Assembly (NCBI RefSeq): GCF_001194135.2
Contig: NC_068985.1
Location: 63,740,212 to 63,784,584, forward strand
DNA: 44,373 bases
Source: Octopus bimaculoides
Lineage: Eukaryota
Reading direction: 5' to 3'
Part shown: in pieces, positions 1 through 12,189 of the stretch
Layout of the letters: each line of letters starts with the position of its first letter
How positions within the stretch are numbered: the stretch's first letter is position 1
Made by a program: the position numbers and the translations under genes
Notes under the pieces: generated by a model
What the model saw: only the letters and a program-made list of their open reading frames with translations
Told to the model about the DNA's origin: nothing
Database searches by the model: none

Positions 1-343
1 TCATACTCTTAATTGCTTTATCTACCCTGGTACTGTCAACTCGGATAGCTGGTCCCTCTGTTGGGTCGACATACGGCAGGCTCTCTTTCTCCCATTCATT
101 CTCTTTATTAAGCAATCTATCGTAGTGGCATCTCCAGACCTCTTTCTTTGCAGCCTCATTTAGTGCAAGCATACCATCATCCATGCGAACACATTTCTTT
201 CCTACATCACTATTCTCTCTCCTACACTGTCTTGCAACACAAAATACCTCGAGTCTTTGGTCCTCACGGCGCAGAACATTGGCAAATCTTTTCTTATCTG
301 CTTCCCCTCTGGCTAAATAAACCTGTCACCTAGCTTCCCTTCT
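1..343 (-). mobile_element. RTE-clade LINE ORF2 fragment (region upstream of RT)
   Basis: Clearly homologous to 25840-26180 (ctggtccctc..gggtc.acat; cccattcattctct; cctgtc.cctagcttcccttctg), which is continuous with RT motifs. Runs off the window start. Confidence 0.75.
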
Positions 344-361
344 GACGCACACACATAAATA

Positions 362-960
362 TATTGTTTGTTTCAGACTGCAGCCATTTCTTGAAGAATC
401 ATAGTCGAATAAATAGACTCCAGCACTTACTTTTCCTTTTTTAAGCCTGGTACTTATTACAGAAATGTAAACATACCAGCACTGATTGTCAAGTGGTAGT
501 GGGGAAGAAACACAGACACAAAGACATACACACACACACACAGATATGGCGGCGAGCTGGCAGAACCGTGAGCACACCGGGTGAAATGCTTAGCAGTATT
601 TCGTCTGCCCGCTACGTTCTGAGTTCGAATTCCACCGAGGTCAACTTTGCCTTTCATCCTTTCGGGGTCGATTAAATAAGTACCAGTTACGCACTGGGAT
701 CGATATAATCGATTTAATCCGTTTGTCTGTCCTTGTTTGTCCCCTCTGTGTGTAGCCCCTTATGGGTAGTAAAGAAATAACACAAACACAGATATATATG
801 CATATACAACAAGCTTCTTTCAGTTTCTGTCTACTGAACCTACTCACAAAACTTTGGTTGGCCCCAAATTATAGTAGAAGACACTTGCCCAAAGTGCCAC
901 ACAGAGGACTGAACCCAAAACCATGTTGTTGGGAAGCAAACTTCTTACCACACAACCATA
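362..960 (-). mobile_element. SINE family A (tRNA-like head, CORE-like accttgggcaagtgtctt segment), split by a family C SINE
   Basis: Halves 362-547 and 780-960 match complete copies at 2964-3365 and 3715-4105. Confidence 0.8.
548..779 (+). mobile_element. SINE family C (tRNA-like head, ...gtcaactttgcctttcatcctttcggggtcga...aagtaccag body)
   Basis: B-box-like gagttcgaattcc. More than 10 related copies in the window. Flanked by acacacacacagatat / acacaaacacagatat (TSD-like). Confidence 0.82.
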
Positions 961-987
961 TAATACCTATATATAACACCTATAATA

Positions 988-1031
<44 letters not shown>

Positions 1032-2254
1032 GTAAAGATGAACGTTTGTCTATGTATCTGTCTGTTGATTTATAGGAAAAAAGGCTATAGCATCTATAAA
1101 AAACTAGAAGTTAATTCTTGTGTAAAATTTTCCAAGGAAGACAATGGAAGTGGTCCTGAGTCTCTAGGTGTCCCTCTAAGGGAGCTATGGGTCCTTTTCC
1201 AAAATGCTGCACATAGTGGAGTCCCCACTGAAAAATGTCAGGTCTAAGGGAGATAAAATACATACAAACACAAACATGCACACAGAAACACATGAATATT
1301 CAGAATACATACATATGTACACACATACATACATATATATATATGCATGCATACACACACATGTATACACATGCACACTGGTCCACACACATGCGCACAA
1401 GCAAACAAACAAAAACAAAAGAAACGCAGCTCTGAAAACAGACATAGTCAACAACTATTGAAGATGTTGCGAGAAGCAATGAAGATTTTAGAAGAAAAAA
1501 AAATGAATGAAAATCAAACCGGTTAGTGTTAATAAGGCAGCAAAACAGAATGATTCTCCCCAGATACAACAAAACTAAATGAAAGTTCTGGGAAAGCTAA
1601 AAACAGAAAATTATTCATGGTCTATTTTTCATGTTTTACGATGTTTGATCTTCAATTGTCTCCATTATTCTATGAGATAAATTGTTACTATATATTCCTA
1701 TTAAATTTTTGTGTGCACGTTAATAGCATTATTATATTGTTTTTGTTTGTTTTATATTTATGTCTTCAAACCACCAGGCTATCCATCTAAGAAAAGCTCT
1801 TTGTATTTTTGTTTATTGTAATGCTTAGGTTCAATAAATTATAGTACATATGTTTTTAGTTTTGCCCTAACTTTTATTTAGTTACCTTGTACTACACATA
1901 AGCCAAAGTGTGTGTGTGATGTTTGCTTCATTTATAGACTGACATACTAGAGATCATAGATCAGAAGTTTATATGCACCCATGAAGCTATTGGCCAGAAA
2001 GAAACAGCTCTATAGTCTACAAGAAAGTTGACATTCATTTCCTATATGTTGGCCAGAAGGATACAAATCTATCATCTACATGAAAGTTAACAATCATTTC
2101 TTCTATATATGTTCAATACAATCTAAGTGAATAACTTTCAATATTCATTGTACAATTTTAGCAGCTTTTTGCAACCCACTCAGTGATGGGTGTTTCTGCT
2201 AATATATATATATATTTTATATATTATTATTATTAATATCAGGAAGTCAATATT

Positions 2255-2852
2255 AGGACAATGTAATGGATTTTATACATAATTATTATGAATTACTACA
2301 GAAGAATTACCAAGGAGGCATATATGAACTTAAAGATTCTCATACTAAAGTGTACTTAACAAAATCAAAAGCAGTAATTTTTAATTTATATTTCAAACAA
2401 ACACCATTTTCCCATATTACTTCAAATTTTTTTTAAAAACTACCATTCGTTAAATTATACAAATTTCACATTTGATATTTCTGAAGAGCAGAAAAGTTAT
2501 CTATAAATGCTTATCAATATAGGACTCCATTCTTCTATATTATTTAAGTCTATGAACTATATTTGGAATACAGGATAATATAATGGATTTTACACATAAC
2601 TATTATGGATTATTACAGAAGACCTACCAAGGAAGCATATATGGATTTAAAGACTCTCATACTAAAGTGTACTTACCAAAATCAAAAGCAGTAATTTTTA
2701 ATTCTTAATTTATATTTCAAACAAACACCATTTTATCATATAACTCCATATTTTAAAAAATTACCATTCGATAAATTATACAAAATTCAAAGTTTATATC
2801 TCTGAAGAGCAGAAGAGTTGTCTATAAATGCTTATCAATATAGGATTCCATT
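2255..2852. repeat. Diverged tandem duplication of an ~280-310 bp AT-rich unit
   Basis: 2255-2531 and 2572-2852 share long blocks (ctcatactaaagtgtactta; caaaatcaaaagcagtaatttttaa; ctataaatgcttatcaatatagga). Confidence 0.85.
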
Positions 2853-2963
2853 ATAGGAACAACACTTCTGCGAAATGATCGTAAGATGCTTTAAAAACTT
2901 AATTCAAAACTTTTAAACTGTCATATTGATTATTATATATTTATACTTATACATATTTACATA

Positions 2964-3365
2964 TACTCTTTTACTTGTTCAGTCATTTGACTGCGGCCAT
3001 GCTAGAGCACTGCCTTTAGTCGAGCAAATCGACCCCAGGACTTATTCTTTGTAAGCCTAGTACTTATTCTATCTGTCTTTTTTGCTGAACCGCTAAGTTA
3101 CGGGAACATAAACACACCACCATCGGTTGTCAAGCGATGGTTGGGGGACAAACACAGACACACAAACATATACACACACATACATATATATAAATACATA
3201 TATACAACGGACTTCCTTCAGTTTCCGTCTACCAAATCCACTCACAAGGCATTGGTCGGCCTGAGGCTATAGTAGAAGACACTTGCCCAAGGTCCCATGC
3301 AGTGGGAATGAACCCGGAACCATATGGCCGGTAAGCAAGCTACTTACCACACAGCCACTCCTGCA
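2964..3365 (-). mobile_element. SINE family A, near full length
   Basis: Complete head to tail, with an internal (CA/TA)n tract. Matches other copies. Confidence 0.85.
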
Positions 3366-3714
3366 ATACAACAATTATTTTACACACATATCTTTCTGAA
3401 GAATTTTCTAATATTGATTTCCTGATATTAATAATAATATAGTATAAAATATGTATAATCACTTGTATTAAACACATAAATACTTTAATAGTATTAATAC
3501 TTTGATACAATAGAACACTCAATATAAATTCAGTATATAATATTCTCATTGAATATATTTAATTAAAGATTTATGCTAATATATATATATGTGTGTGTAT
3601 ATATATATAAATTTTTTTATGTCAAGTAACATTAAACTACAGAACTACATAATACATTATTATAAAGTACATATTTCTTATGTGTTTTATCATAATGCAA
3701 GAGTTGTAAAATAT

Positions 3715-4105
3715 TCTTTTATTCTTTTACTTATTTCAGTCATTTGACTGCAACCATGCAGGAGCACCACCATAAAGGGTTTTAGTGGAAGAAATGGACC
3801 TCAGGACTTATTCTTTGTAAGCCTAGTACTTATTCTATCGAACCCCTTTTGCTGAGCCGCTAAGTTACGGGGATATAAACACACCAGTTGTCAAGTGATG
3901 GTAGAAAGACAAACATACATAAATATATGCATATATGTGTGTGTGCGTGTGTGTGTGACAGGCTTCTTTCAGTTTCCATCCACCAAATCCACTCACAAGG
4001 CATTGGTCAGCCCGAGGCTATAGCAGAAGACATTTTCCCAAGGTTCCATGCATTGGGACTGAACCCAGGACCATGTGGTTGGGAAGCAAGCTTCTTACCA
4101 CACAT
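3715..4105 (-). mobile_element. SINE family A, near full length
   Basis: Homologous to 2964-3365 along its length. Confidence 0.85.
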
Positions 4106-4343
4106 AGTGCCACCATTATCTGAAATAGTGGATAAATATATCTATTATATCAAAAGTTGTTAGTTTACACTGAGTTTCACTTTAGACTAAGCTGTTCATA
4201 ACTGGGATGGGGGGGGCAGTAAAAAAATACAGTTTAATATTTTTGTAGAGGGTACAGCTGTTTCAAAATCCGTTCCTATTTACATCATGAACTTTGTTAT
4301 AAATACGAACATATATGATGGTGCATCCACACACACACACACA

Positions 4344-4374
<31 letters not shown>

Positions 4375-4922
4375 GCATACATACATATATAATTATGGGC
4401 ACTATCATGCTATTAGCTGTCAGAAGTGAAAGTGCTCACTGCTAGTGAAGTATCTGTCTGTCTGCCTGCCTGTTGCTGGCCTGTCGATTCTTTGGCTACT
4501 GACAGCTAATACCATGACTGGCCGGAGGGAGCTATATGTCTGTCTGTCTCTCTCTCTCTATCTATCTATCTATTACTCGAAAGTCCGCGCTAGCTAGTCG
4601 TGAGTGGTCGATCCTATTATTTTTAAAATTCAAACTTCATTTGTTTTCTATTTTGATAAATTCTCTCTGTTGAAAATTATATTTTTATATTTTAATTCTT
4701 TTTTCAAATCTTCCAACACCTTANNNNNNNNNNNNNNNNNNNNNNNNNNNNNNNNNNNNNNNNNNNNNNNNNNNNNNNNNNNNNNNNNNNNNNNNNNNNN
4801 NNNNNNNNNNNNNNNNNNNNNNNNNNNNNNNNNNNNNNNNNNNNNNNNNNNNNNNNNNNNNNNNNNNNNNNNNNNNNNNNNNNNNNNNNNNNNNNNNNNN
4901 NNNNNNNNNNNNNNNNNNNNNN

Positions 4923-6041
4923 TCCTTTAATCTAGATTTCCCTATTTTTCTCCATGTATCTGTCTTAATTATCATGATATCACTGCTTGTGTCCAACTGT
5001 AACATGATATTCACATTATTCATTTTTATGGACACAAATTTTCTCTTCTGAGCCTCGCTTAGAATTTTTGTTAACAATACATTCTTTCTAGCATCTTTTC
5101 TTTTTTTTTTTTGACCCCTTCTTTTGTTTCGCTATATAATATGAGCTTTTATGTTCAATTTTTCCACACTCAAAACTTTATGATTTTTAAAAGGACAATT
5201 ACTTCTAAAATATAAACCTTCACACCCATAACATGGATTTGGTCTTGACGTTCATTTTTCCTTTTTCTTATCCATTTCAGGTTAACACACATGTATCTGA
5301 CAGCAAACTTTTTCCTCATATTTTATCTACGTTATCTTAAATTTATAATCCTCTGGCATTCTTCAGCCACAGCCTGTAGAGTTAATTTTTGGGCCTGTTC
5401 TAATTCTGCTAATATACGGGAACATAAATCAGCATCTTTTCTTGCATTTAACCTTTGAACAAAAATTAGACATTTGAATAAATCCAGGGTTAATTCATTT
5501 AATTTGAATTTTTCACACTCTCTGTTAACAACCCCAGCATAAGTGATGAAATCTTCATCATATTTTTTAATTAAATTTAAACACTGCCAATGAATATTGA
5601 ATAGGTAAGTTCTTTCACTGAAAATTTTCAATAACAAATTAATTGTTTCATTGAAACAAATCTCACCTGGTTTCTTCGGCAAAATATGATTATAGTATTT
5701 TTTGTGTTCAGCACCTTATCATCATTCCAATTTTTACATTCATCTTTGAAGATTTCTTTGTATCTTCTAAAATAAGCAGAATAAGTAGTACCTTCTGGGT
5801 TATAGATAAATTCTCCAAATGAGTTAGTCACACTGTCTGATGAGAACAAACCTGAAGTATTTTCAAATTTCTTCAACATTACTTCCAGTAACTGTTGGTA
5901 TTGTTGTTGTTGCTGTTGTAGCTGCTGTTGCAACTGCACCATGCAAACCAATAAGTCTTCCATGTTAAAGATTTTTTTCTTTGATTTTGTACCAAAAAAA
6001 AATTTTAACATCTGATGCAAGCCTTGAATATCTTGTTGCCA
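4923..6041 (-). mobile_element. Degenerate Ty3/Gypsy LTR retrotransposon gag-protease region with putative PBS
   Basis: Gag-like YSAYFRRY..F..ECKNW.DD.K and KFKLNELTLDLFKCLIFVQ; decayed zinc knuckle PCYGCEGLYFRSNCPF; aspartic protease-like LQLDTSSDIMII; PBS-like TGGCAACAAGAT at 6030-6041. Frameshifted and interrupted by a gap. LTR boundaries (up to ~6430) not defined. Confidence 0.8.
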
Positions 6042-6494
6042 CTTTTATATCTTGATTGTTGCTTGGCTCTTAGGTAGTATTGTTCGTTGCACACGGCACT
6101 CTTGTTTTTGTTGTACTAAGCACTCTTGTTAGTTTGCTTGAACGGACTTTAGTGCAATTTTTTAACTTCAAAAATACCTCTCCTGTAGTTAGTTAACACT
6201 GCACAGTTGCATCCAATATATCGTGTGCAGGAGAATAAAACCCCTATCACATTCTAGTGATGGGACCAACACACAGTAATTCAAACAACTACCATTATGA
6301 CAAACTATGGGTTCAGTGCAAGTTCAGTTTACACTAACACACCGGGTCCGGTGCAAGTTCAATGGAGAACTAACACACTGACTCAATGACCTCTACTTAC
6401 ACCTTGTCTCAACCAATATGCTACTCTTTATAAGAGTTTGGCTAGTGCATTCTTCCAATCCCCCAGTAGTGCCAATGACTCTTGCCACAATAGC

Positions 6495-6640
6495 TGTCAA
6501 GTGGTTAAGGTGTTCTGTTCATGATCATAATGCCATGGGTTCAATTCTTGGATCAGGTGGCATGTTGTCTCCTTAAGTAAGGTACTTCATTTTACATTTC
6601 TTCATTTTACTCAACTGAAAAGCCAACTAGTGAAGCTCTC
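6495..6640 (+). mobile_element. Degraded tRNA-derived SINE
   Basis: A-box-like gtcaagtggttaag and B-box-like gggttcaattct, followed by CORE-like ccttaagtaaggtactt. Confidence 0.45.
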
Positions 6641-8145
6641 TTGCTCTCCAGCTGTAGATCCTAGATGATCCCACTGGCTCAAAGGATAGAGGTGTTGAGA
6701 GGATATCTGTCTTTATCTATTCATGACTAAATAAACCTCTAAAACAATTAGCAAAAGCATGGTAATAGTTATCAAGCCAAACTCATTCACAGGTGATAGC
6801 TAGTGTAATCTCAGCAAAGAAGATTACTTTAAAATGCCAAATCTGTGTAGATATAGTATACAAAATTGTGGAATTAGCAGCATTTCTAGAATGCAAAACA
6901 GAAATAGCATATAAATTACCAAAACATATTTCACATAACCAATCACTAAATAATGGGAGTATGGGAACAAAAGATTTCATCAACAGGAATGGTTAGGGGA
7001 AAGAAAGATGTTGGGACTGTCAGAGTAATTAAAAAAAACACTTCCTAAATTAGAAAATTAGAATTAATGAAGCTTAATCTAATGATCATCATTACTGTTA
7101 TTATGAATTAATTCATTAAGAATTCCCTTGACATTAATTATATTATTAGGTTATGGGTTAAATCTACAAAAGCAATCACTCTGAGCTCCCTTAACAGTGT
7201 ATCTCTGAACATCATATACTATCAGGTGATAGTTTAAGAAATTATTAAAAATGTCCCTTAAATTACCCAAGAAATAACTGAGAAAATGGAGGAAAACTAG
7301 TTATCATGTTTAGCAATGTTATCTGTTTTGTTGGATTAACAGACTCAATAAAGTTAATTGTGGTAGTTCAAATCCCACCAAGGACAATTTTACCATTTGT
7401 CTTTCCAACAAGTCATATATTGGAGGATATCAATCAAAATGACAATACTTTCTACATTTCTAGGTTTATTGAAGTGGATGGCGAATGGAATGAATAACTT
7501 CCATTACTCTGCACCTTTGATCCTGTGAAACTAGTAGGTTGGTATGAAGACATTATAGAAATAAAAGTATGTAAGAAATGGTAAAGTATTAGTAAATAGG
7601 TTAGACATGCTCAGTGACAATACAAAAGAAAAAAAACTGGAATTCATTAAAGAAATAAAATTATTTGTTAGGAGGAAATATGTTAAACTAGATACTACAA
7701 AGCAAACATTTAACAAAAACAATTTCTAAAAATAATTAAAAATATGTACGCACACACACATAAAAGAGAGACTGTAACACTATACAAGGATCTCAAAAGT
7801 ACCTTCCAATAATAAGGGCCATGCTAATATTATCTCTCTCAATTGCAAGCAAACACAAATAGCACTCATATCAATGGTTCAGCAGAAACATTAATGACAC
7901 TGACATCACCAGTCTGTGAGAGCCTGTTCATAGGCTATGCGCATTGCTCAACCTTGCAGAAAGTTAAAAAAGCTTAGTGAGATGACAAACATCAATATAT
8001 CTACATGTCTTGTTATTTCACCTTCTTAAGAGTAGATTTTTTTTTTTTTTTTTCCAAAACGCTAATAAAATATAAAAGATGACTGAAGTCTTTGTAATTG
8101 GTTTGATTTTATAAATTAGTTGGAATAGAAAAAAATATTACTTAC

Positions 8146-8300
8146 TTGTTATTAAGATTGTGCTTAGCCACTCCTTCTTGAATTATATTCAGAATGATGG
8201 AACCATCTAGCTTTGGAAAGGGCATTTGGTGTATCCGTGAATAGGCACCTTCTGTTGGTTTGGGAAATTTAGGCACGTATGGCTGCGAGTTGGGGTTTTC
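8146..8300 (-). CDS. SBF2: SBF1/SBF2 coding exon, 155 nt
   Basis: atttccccAG ... GTaagt. ENPNSQPYVPKFPKPTEGAYSRIHQMPFPKLDGSIILNIIQEGVAKHNLNN(K) (cf. [29 protein letters not shown]). Ends in phase 2; the next exon was not found in the window. Confidence 0.93.
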
Positions 8301-8394
8301 CTGGGGAAATTTATATTTTTGGTCAATTAAAATATAGCATTTAAAATATTTAAGCAACAAGGTTTCTATTTTTGTATAAATCATAATAATAATC

Positions 8395-9180
8395 CTTTGT
8401 CCAAATTTGGCAGGTAAGGAGCTAGCTGATTACATTGATCCCAGAGCTCATCTGGTACTTATTTCATCAACCCTGAAAGGATGAAAAGCAAAATCGATCT
8501 CAACAGAATTAACCCAGAAAGTAAAGACAGACAAATTGCCACTAAGCATTTTGTCCAGTGTGCTAACAATTCTACCAGCTCACTACTTTGATAACAACAA
8601 CAACAATAATAACCCTTTCTACTATAAGCACAAAGCCTTAAATTTTGGGAGAGGGGCTGGACAATTACATTGACTTCTGTGCTCTACTGGTACTTATTTC
8701 ATTGACCTCCAAAATGATGAAGGTCAAAATCAGCCTAGTCAAAACTGGAACTCAGAAATGCCACTAAGCATTTTATCAAGAGCAGTAATGTTTCTGCCAG
8801 CTCACCACCTTAATAATAATAATCCTTTCTACTATAGGCACAAGGCTTGAAATTTGGTGAAGGGGGAAATTCAATTACATCGACCCCATTACTCAACTGG
8901 TACTTACTTTATTGACCCCAAAAGGATGAAAGGCAAAGTCAATCTCGGTGGAATTTGAACTCAGAACATAAAGGTGAGTGAAATATCACAAAGCATTTCA
9001 TCTGGCATGCTAACAATTCTACCAGCTCGCTGCCTTAATAAAAATAACAATAATGATAATAATAATTTCAAATTTTGGTACAAGGCCAGCAATTTAGGGG
9101 AAGGGTGTAAATCGATTACATTGAATCCAGTACTCAACTGGTGCTTATTGATCCCAAAAGGATGAAAAGCAAAGTCGAGC
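8395..9180 (-). mobile_element. Four tandem SINE family C copies or fragments separated by (AAT)n
   Basis: ctggtactta...aaggatgaaa..caaa recurs at ~8450, ~8690, ~8900 and ~9140. Confidence 0.8.
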
Positions 9181-10720
9181 AAATAATTGCTTTATTGATT
9201 TTGCATATTTCCTTTCAGCTTCTTTATTTTTGATATCTTGACATTTATTTGACTCTTCATGATCTTGAGTATTTCAAAATCAGATTTGAGTACACTAATC
9301 TTATTTCTAATGCTTTCTTGTCATGCTCATTTCCTGTTTATATGCTGAATCTTTCTCTTCCCTTAAACACCACACAGTGCAGTGTTCATGGAAACTGTGT
9401 TATAAAATAGGTTATACTGCAAGGTGAGATCTGATTTATTCTAATTCAAGGTGAATCTTACGACTGCATTTACCTTGCCTATTAATCTATCACTTTGAGA
9501 AGATCATTGTGATATCTCAGTTTGATGTGTTTGACTTTCAGCCACTCTGATAGAATATTTGTTTTTAGATTGTCAGGTTCAGTGTCTGTTTCCACTTCTA
9601 CCGCAACCACTCACAATTACATCAACGTCAGAGGCAATTTCATTGAGTATGTTATTTTGGATATTTGTTATACAAGATTCTACTTCCATAGTGGAGAGAT
9701 GTTTTGTATCATTATTTGCATTCGTATTTGTATAACTATTGGTCTGTATATGTAACTCAATCTGATGGATATCCAGGTCAGTCAACAATTTTTCCTTTGT
9801 GATGTGAACATTAGCTAATTCATTACTCTGATTGGTCTATTGGTAGGGTTTTTCTCCCTCCAGTTTAAAGATGCATATTCTATATTTGATTCACTTGTGG
9901 GAAAGTACATTGCAGTATAATAGGCCTCTAGATCATCCTTGTTTTTTTCCCTAGTCCATTTTACTCTGGTTTTAGTAGTACCAGATGAAGAGCCTTCAGA
10001 GTTATCCTGTGAATGGGAGCCTTCATGCCAGTGTTTTGGGAAGGGATCAAACCATCATAACACTTTTCAACTCCAGATTGGTTTGACTTTGAGAGATGCA
10101 ATCCATTTTTTACCAGGTGACAACTGATCTGGTATCTATCTTCTTTATTAGGTATTTCCAATATACTTGCATGTGGTCCTTATCATGAAGGGTGTGCTTT
10201 AATAGTGATCCAAACATGTGCAGTCCCTGAGAGGTAGGCAAACACATTTTACTTTCTGCTTTATCTAAGATTATTATTATTGTTTTTATTGTTACATGAT
10301 AATATTGCATGGCATTGTATGAGTTTCTAACAATATATTACATGACTCAGCTTCATGCATCTCAACAACTTAAAGTGCTTTTTTGTTTGATCTGTATAGT
10401 GCTATTTGTAAACATGTAGCTGTTTAGTTATATAGATGTAGGTGGGTGTAAATAATAATTCTTATGAATTGTGTTGAATGTAATCATAAGTAATGAGAGA
10501 AGAGGAGACAGAATAAGATAGAAAAAAAAACAGATTGGCAGACATAGGTGCAGGTGTGGCTGTGTGGTAAGAAGCTTGCTTCCCAATCACATAGTTTAAC
10601 AGTTCAGTCCCACTGTGTGACACATTGGGCAAGTATCTTCTACTATAGTCTCAGGCTGACCAAAGCCTTGTGAGTGGATCTGGTAGATGGAAACTGAAAG
10701 AAGCCCGTTGTATGTATGTA

Positions 10721-10945
10721 TCATCATCATCATTATCATCGTTTAACGTCCGCCTTCCATGCTAGCATGGGTTGGACGATTTGACTGAGGACTGGTGCAA
10801 CCAGATGGCTACACCAGGCTCCAATCTAATTTGGCAGAGTTTCTACAGCTGGATGCCCTTCCTAACGCCAACCACTCAGAGAATGTAGTGGGTGCTTTTA
10901 CGTGTCACCCGCACGAAAACGGCCACGCTCGAAATCGTGTCTTTT
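10721..10945 (-). mobile_element. Family B repeat ((CAT)n-tailed SINE / LINE 3'-end-like)
   Basis: catcatcgtttaacgtccg..ttccatgctagcatgggttggacgatttgact... matches 19108-19278, 38156-38295 and 42738-43345. Confidence 0.8.
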
Positions 10946-11304
10946 NNNNNNNNNNNNNNNNNNNNNNNNNNNNNNNNNNNNNNNNNNNNNNNNNNNNNNN
11001 NNNNNNNNNNNNNNNNNNNNNNNNNNNNNNNNNNNNNNNNNNNNNNNNNNNNNNNNNNNNNNNNNNNNNNNNNNNNNNNNNNNNNNNNNNNNNNNNNNNN
11101 NNNNNNNNNNNNNNNNNNNNNNNNNNNNNNNNNNNNNNNNNNNNNNNNNNNNNNNNNNNNNNNNNNNNNNNNNNNNNNNNNNNNNNNNNNNNNNNNNNNN
11201 NNNNNNNNNNNNNNNNNNNNNNNNNNNNNNNNNNNNNNNNNNNNNNNNNNNNNNNNNNNNNNNNNNNNNNNNNNNNNNNNNNNNNNNNNNNNNNNNNNNN
11301 NNNN

Positions 11305-11522
11305 GGCAATGGCATCGATCCCGCTCGAAAGATTTCATGTGTCTCCCGCACATGAGCCAGTCTATGGGCACTGGCAACGATCCCGCTCGAAACATTTCAT
11401 GTGTCACCTACACAAGAGCCAGTCCAGGGGCACTGGCAACGATCCTGCTCGAAAGATTTCATGTGTCGCCCGCACATGAGCCAGTCCAGGGGCACTGGCA
11501 ACGATCCCGCTCGAAAGATTTC
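11305..11522. repeat. 62-bp minisatellite, at least 3.5 copies, continuing into a gap
   Basis: gatcc(c/t)gctcgaaa at 11317, 11379, 11441 and 11503. Confidence 0.92.
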
Positions 11523-12189
11523 GTATATATATATATATATATATATATATAACTTAGTGATTTGGCAAAAGAGACCAATAGAATAAGTACTAGGCTTACA
11601 AAGTCCTGAGGTCAATTTGTTTGACAAAGGTCAGTGCTCCAGCATGGCTACAGTCAAATGACTGAAACAAGTATAAGAATATAAGAATACAGATTCATAG
11701 AGGATATGTATCTCAAGGCTATAAATAGATTCAATAGAAGTCAACAAGAATAGAAATGAGTGGACAGAATAGAAGAAAGTATTAAGATTTAAAACATGTT
11801 TTTGTTGTAGTTTGCTCTTTGAGAGAGCTAGTTGAGAAGGTTAATACAAGAGCTGCTATTTCTTTCAATTATGGAAGTGATGATAGCTTTTGAGAAAAAC
11901 TGTTTCAAAAAATGAATGCATACATCACTGTTTTTTTTTATACTAAACAGCATATGAATTCAGTTATTCGCGGTGTTCAGCATTTGTTAAAGTATCAGCT
12001 GTGCTTTACAGCTTTCATAGTTGTGTAGCTTGTGAATATTTCAACAGTTCATTTTCTGTAATTGTTATCAGTTCTGAAGAGCGTTCAGAATTTTTATGCA
12101 ATACAAATGCAGGCTGAAATGCTTAATGTTTTCTTGGTTATGAAAGAGAAATGTCTGCATGCTCAAGCAAATTATCCAAATCAAAGCAG

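Larger units (their letters stand above)
10545..11680 (+). mobile_element. SINE family A split by a family B repeat and a minisatellite
   Basis: Head half at 10545-10720, tail half at 11551-11680. The intervening 10721-11523 is a family B repeat, a gap and the 62-bp array. Confidence 0.75.

Noticed and set aside
1080-1260. Candidate exon after ttttcag on the minus strand
   Set aside because: The required phase gives GDSTMCSILEKDP followed by a stop, with no SBF similarity.
762-1572. Several 60-160 aa ORFs rich in YI/HT/CV repeats (also at 31368-33487)
   Set aside because: These are translations of (TA)n, (CA)n and (TACA)n microsatellites and SINE sequence.
7790-7960. Candidate next SBF exon (AG...GT bounded segment)
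   Set aside because: Phase-2 readings from the available acceptors hit stop codons and show no similarity to the expected ...GPP...NSAxRLEVxRNC region.
9250-10330. Possible 5' part of a non-LTR retrotransposon (coding-like composition, short ORFs)
   Set aside because: No diagnostic motif could be read with confidence, so it is left unannotated pending a translated search.
11305-11522. 62-bp array as a CRISPR array or ribozyme array
   Set aside because: Units repeat contiguously with no unique spacers, the context is eukaryotic with no cas genes, and the CUGANGA core is absent on both strands.
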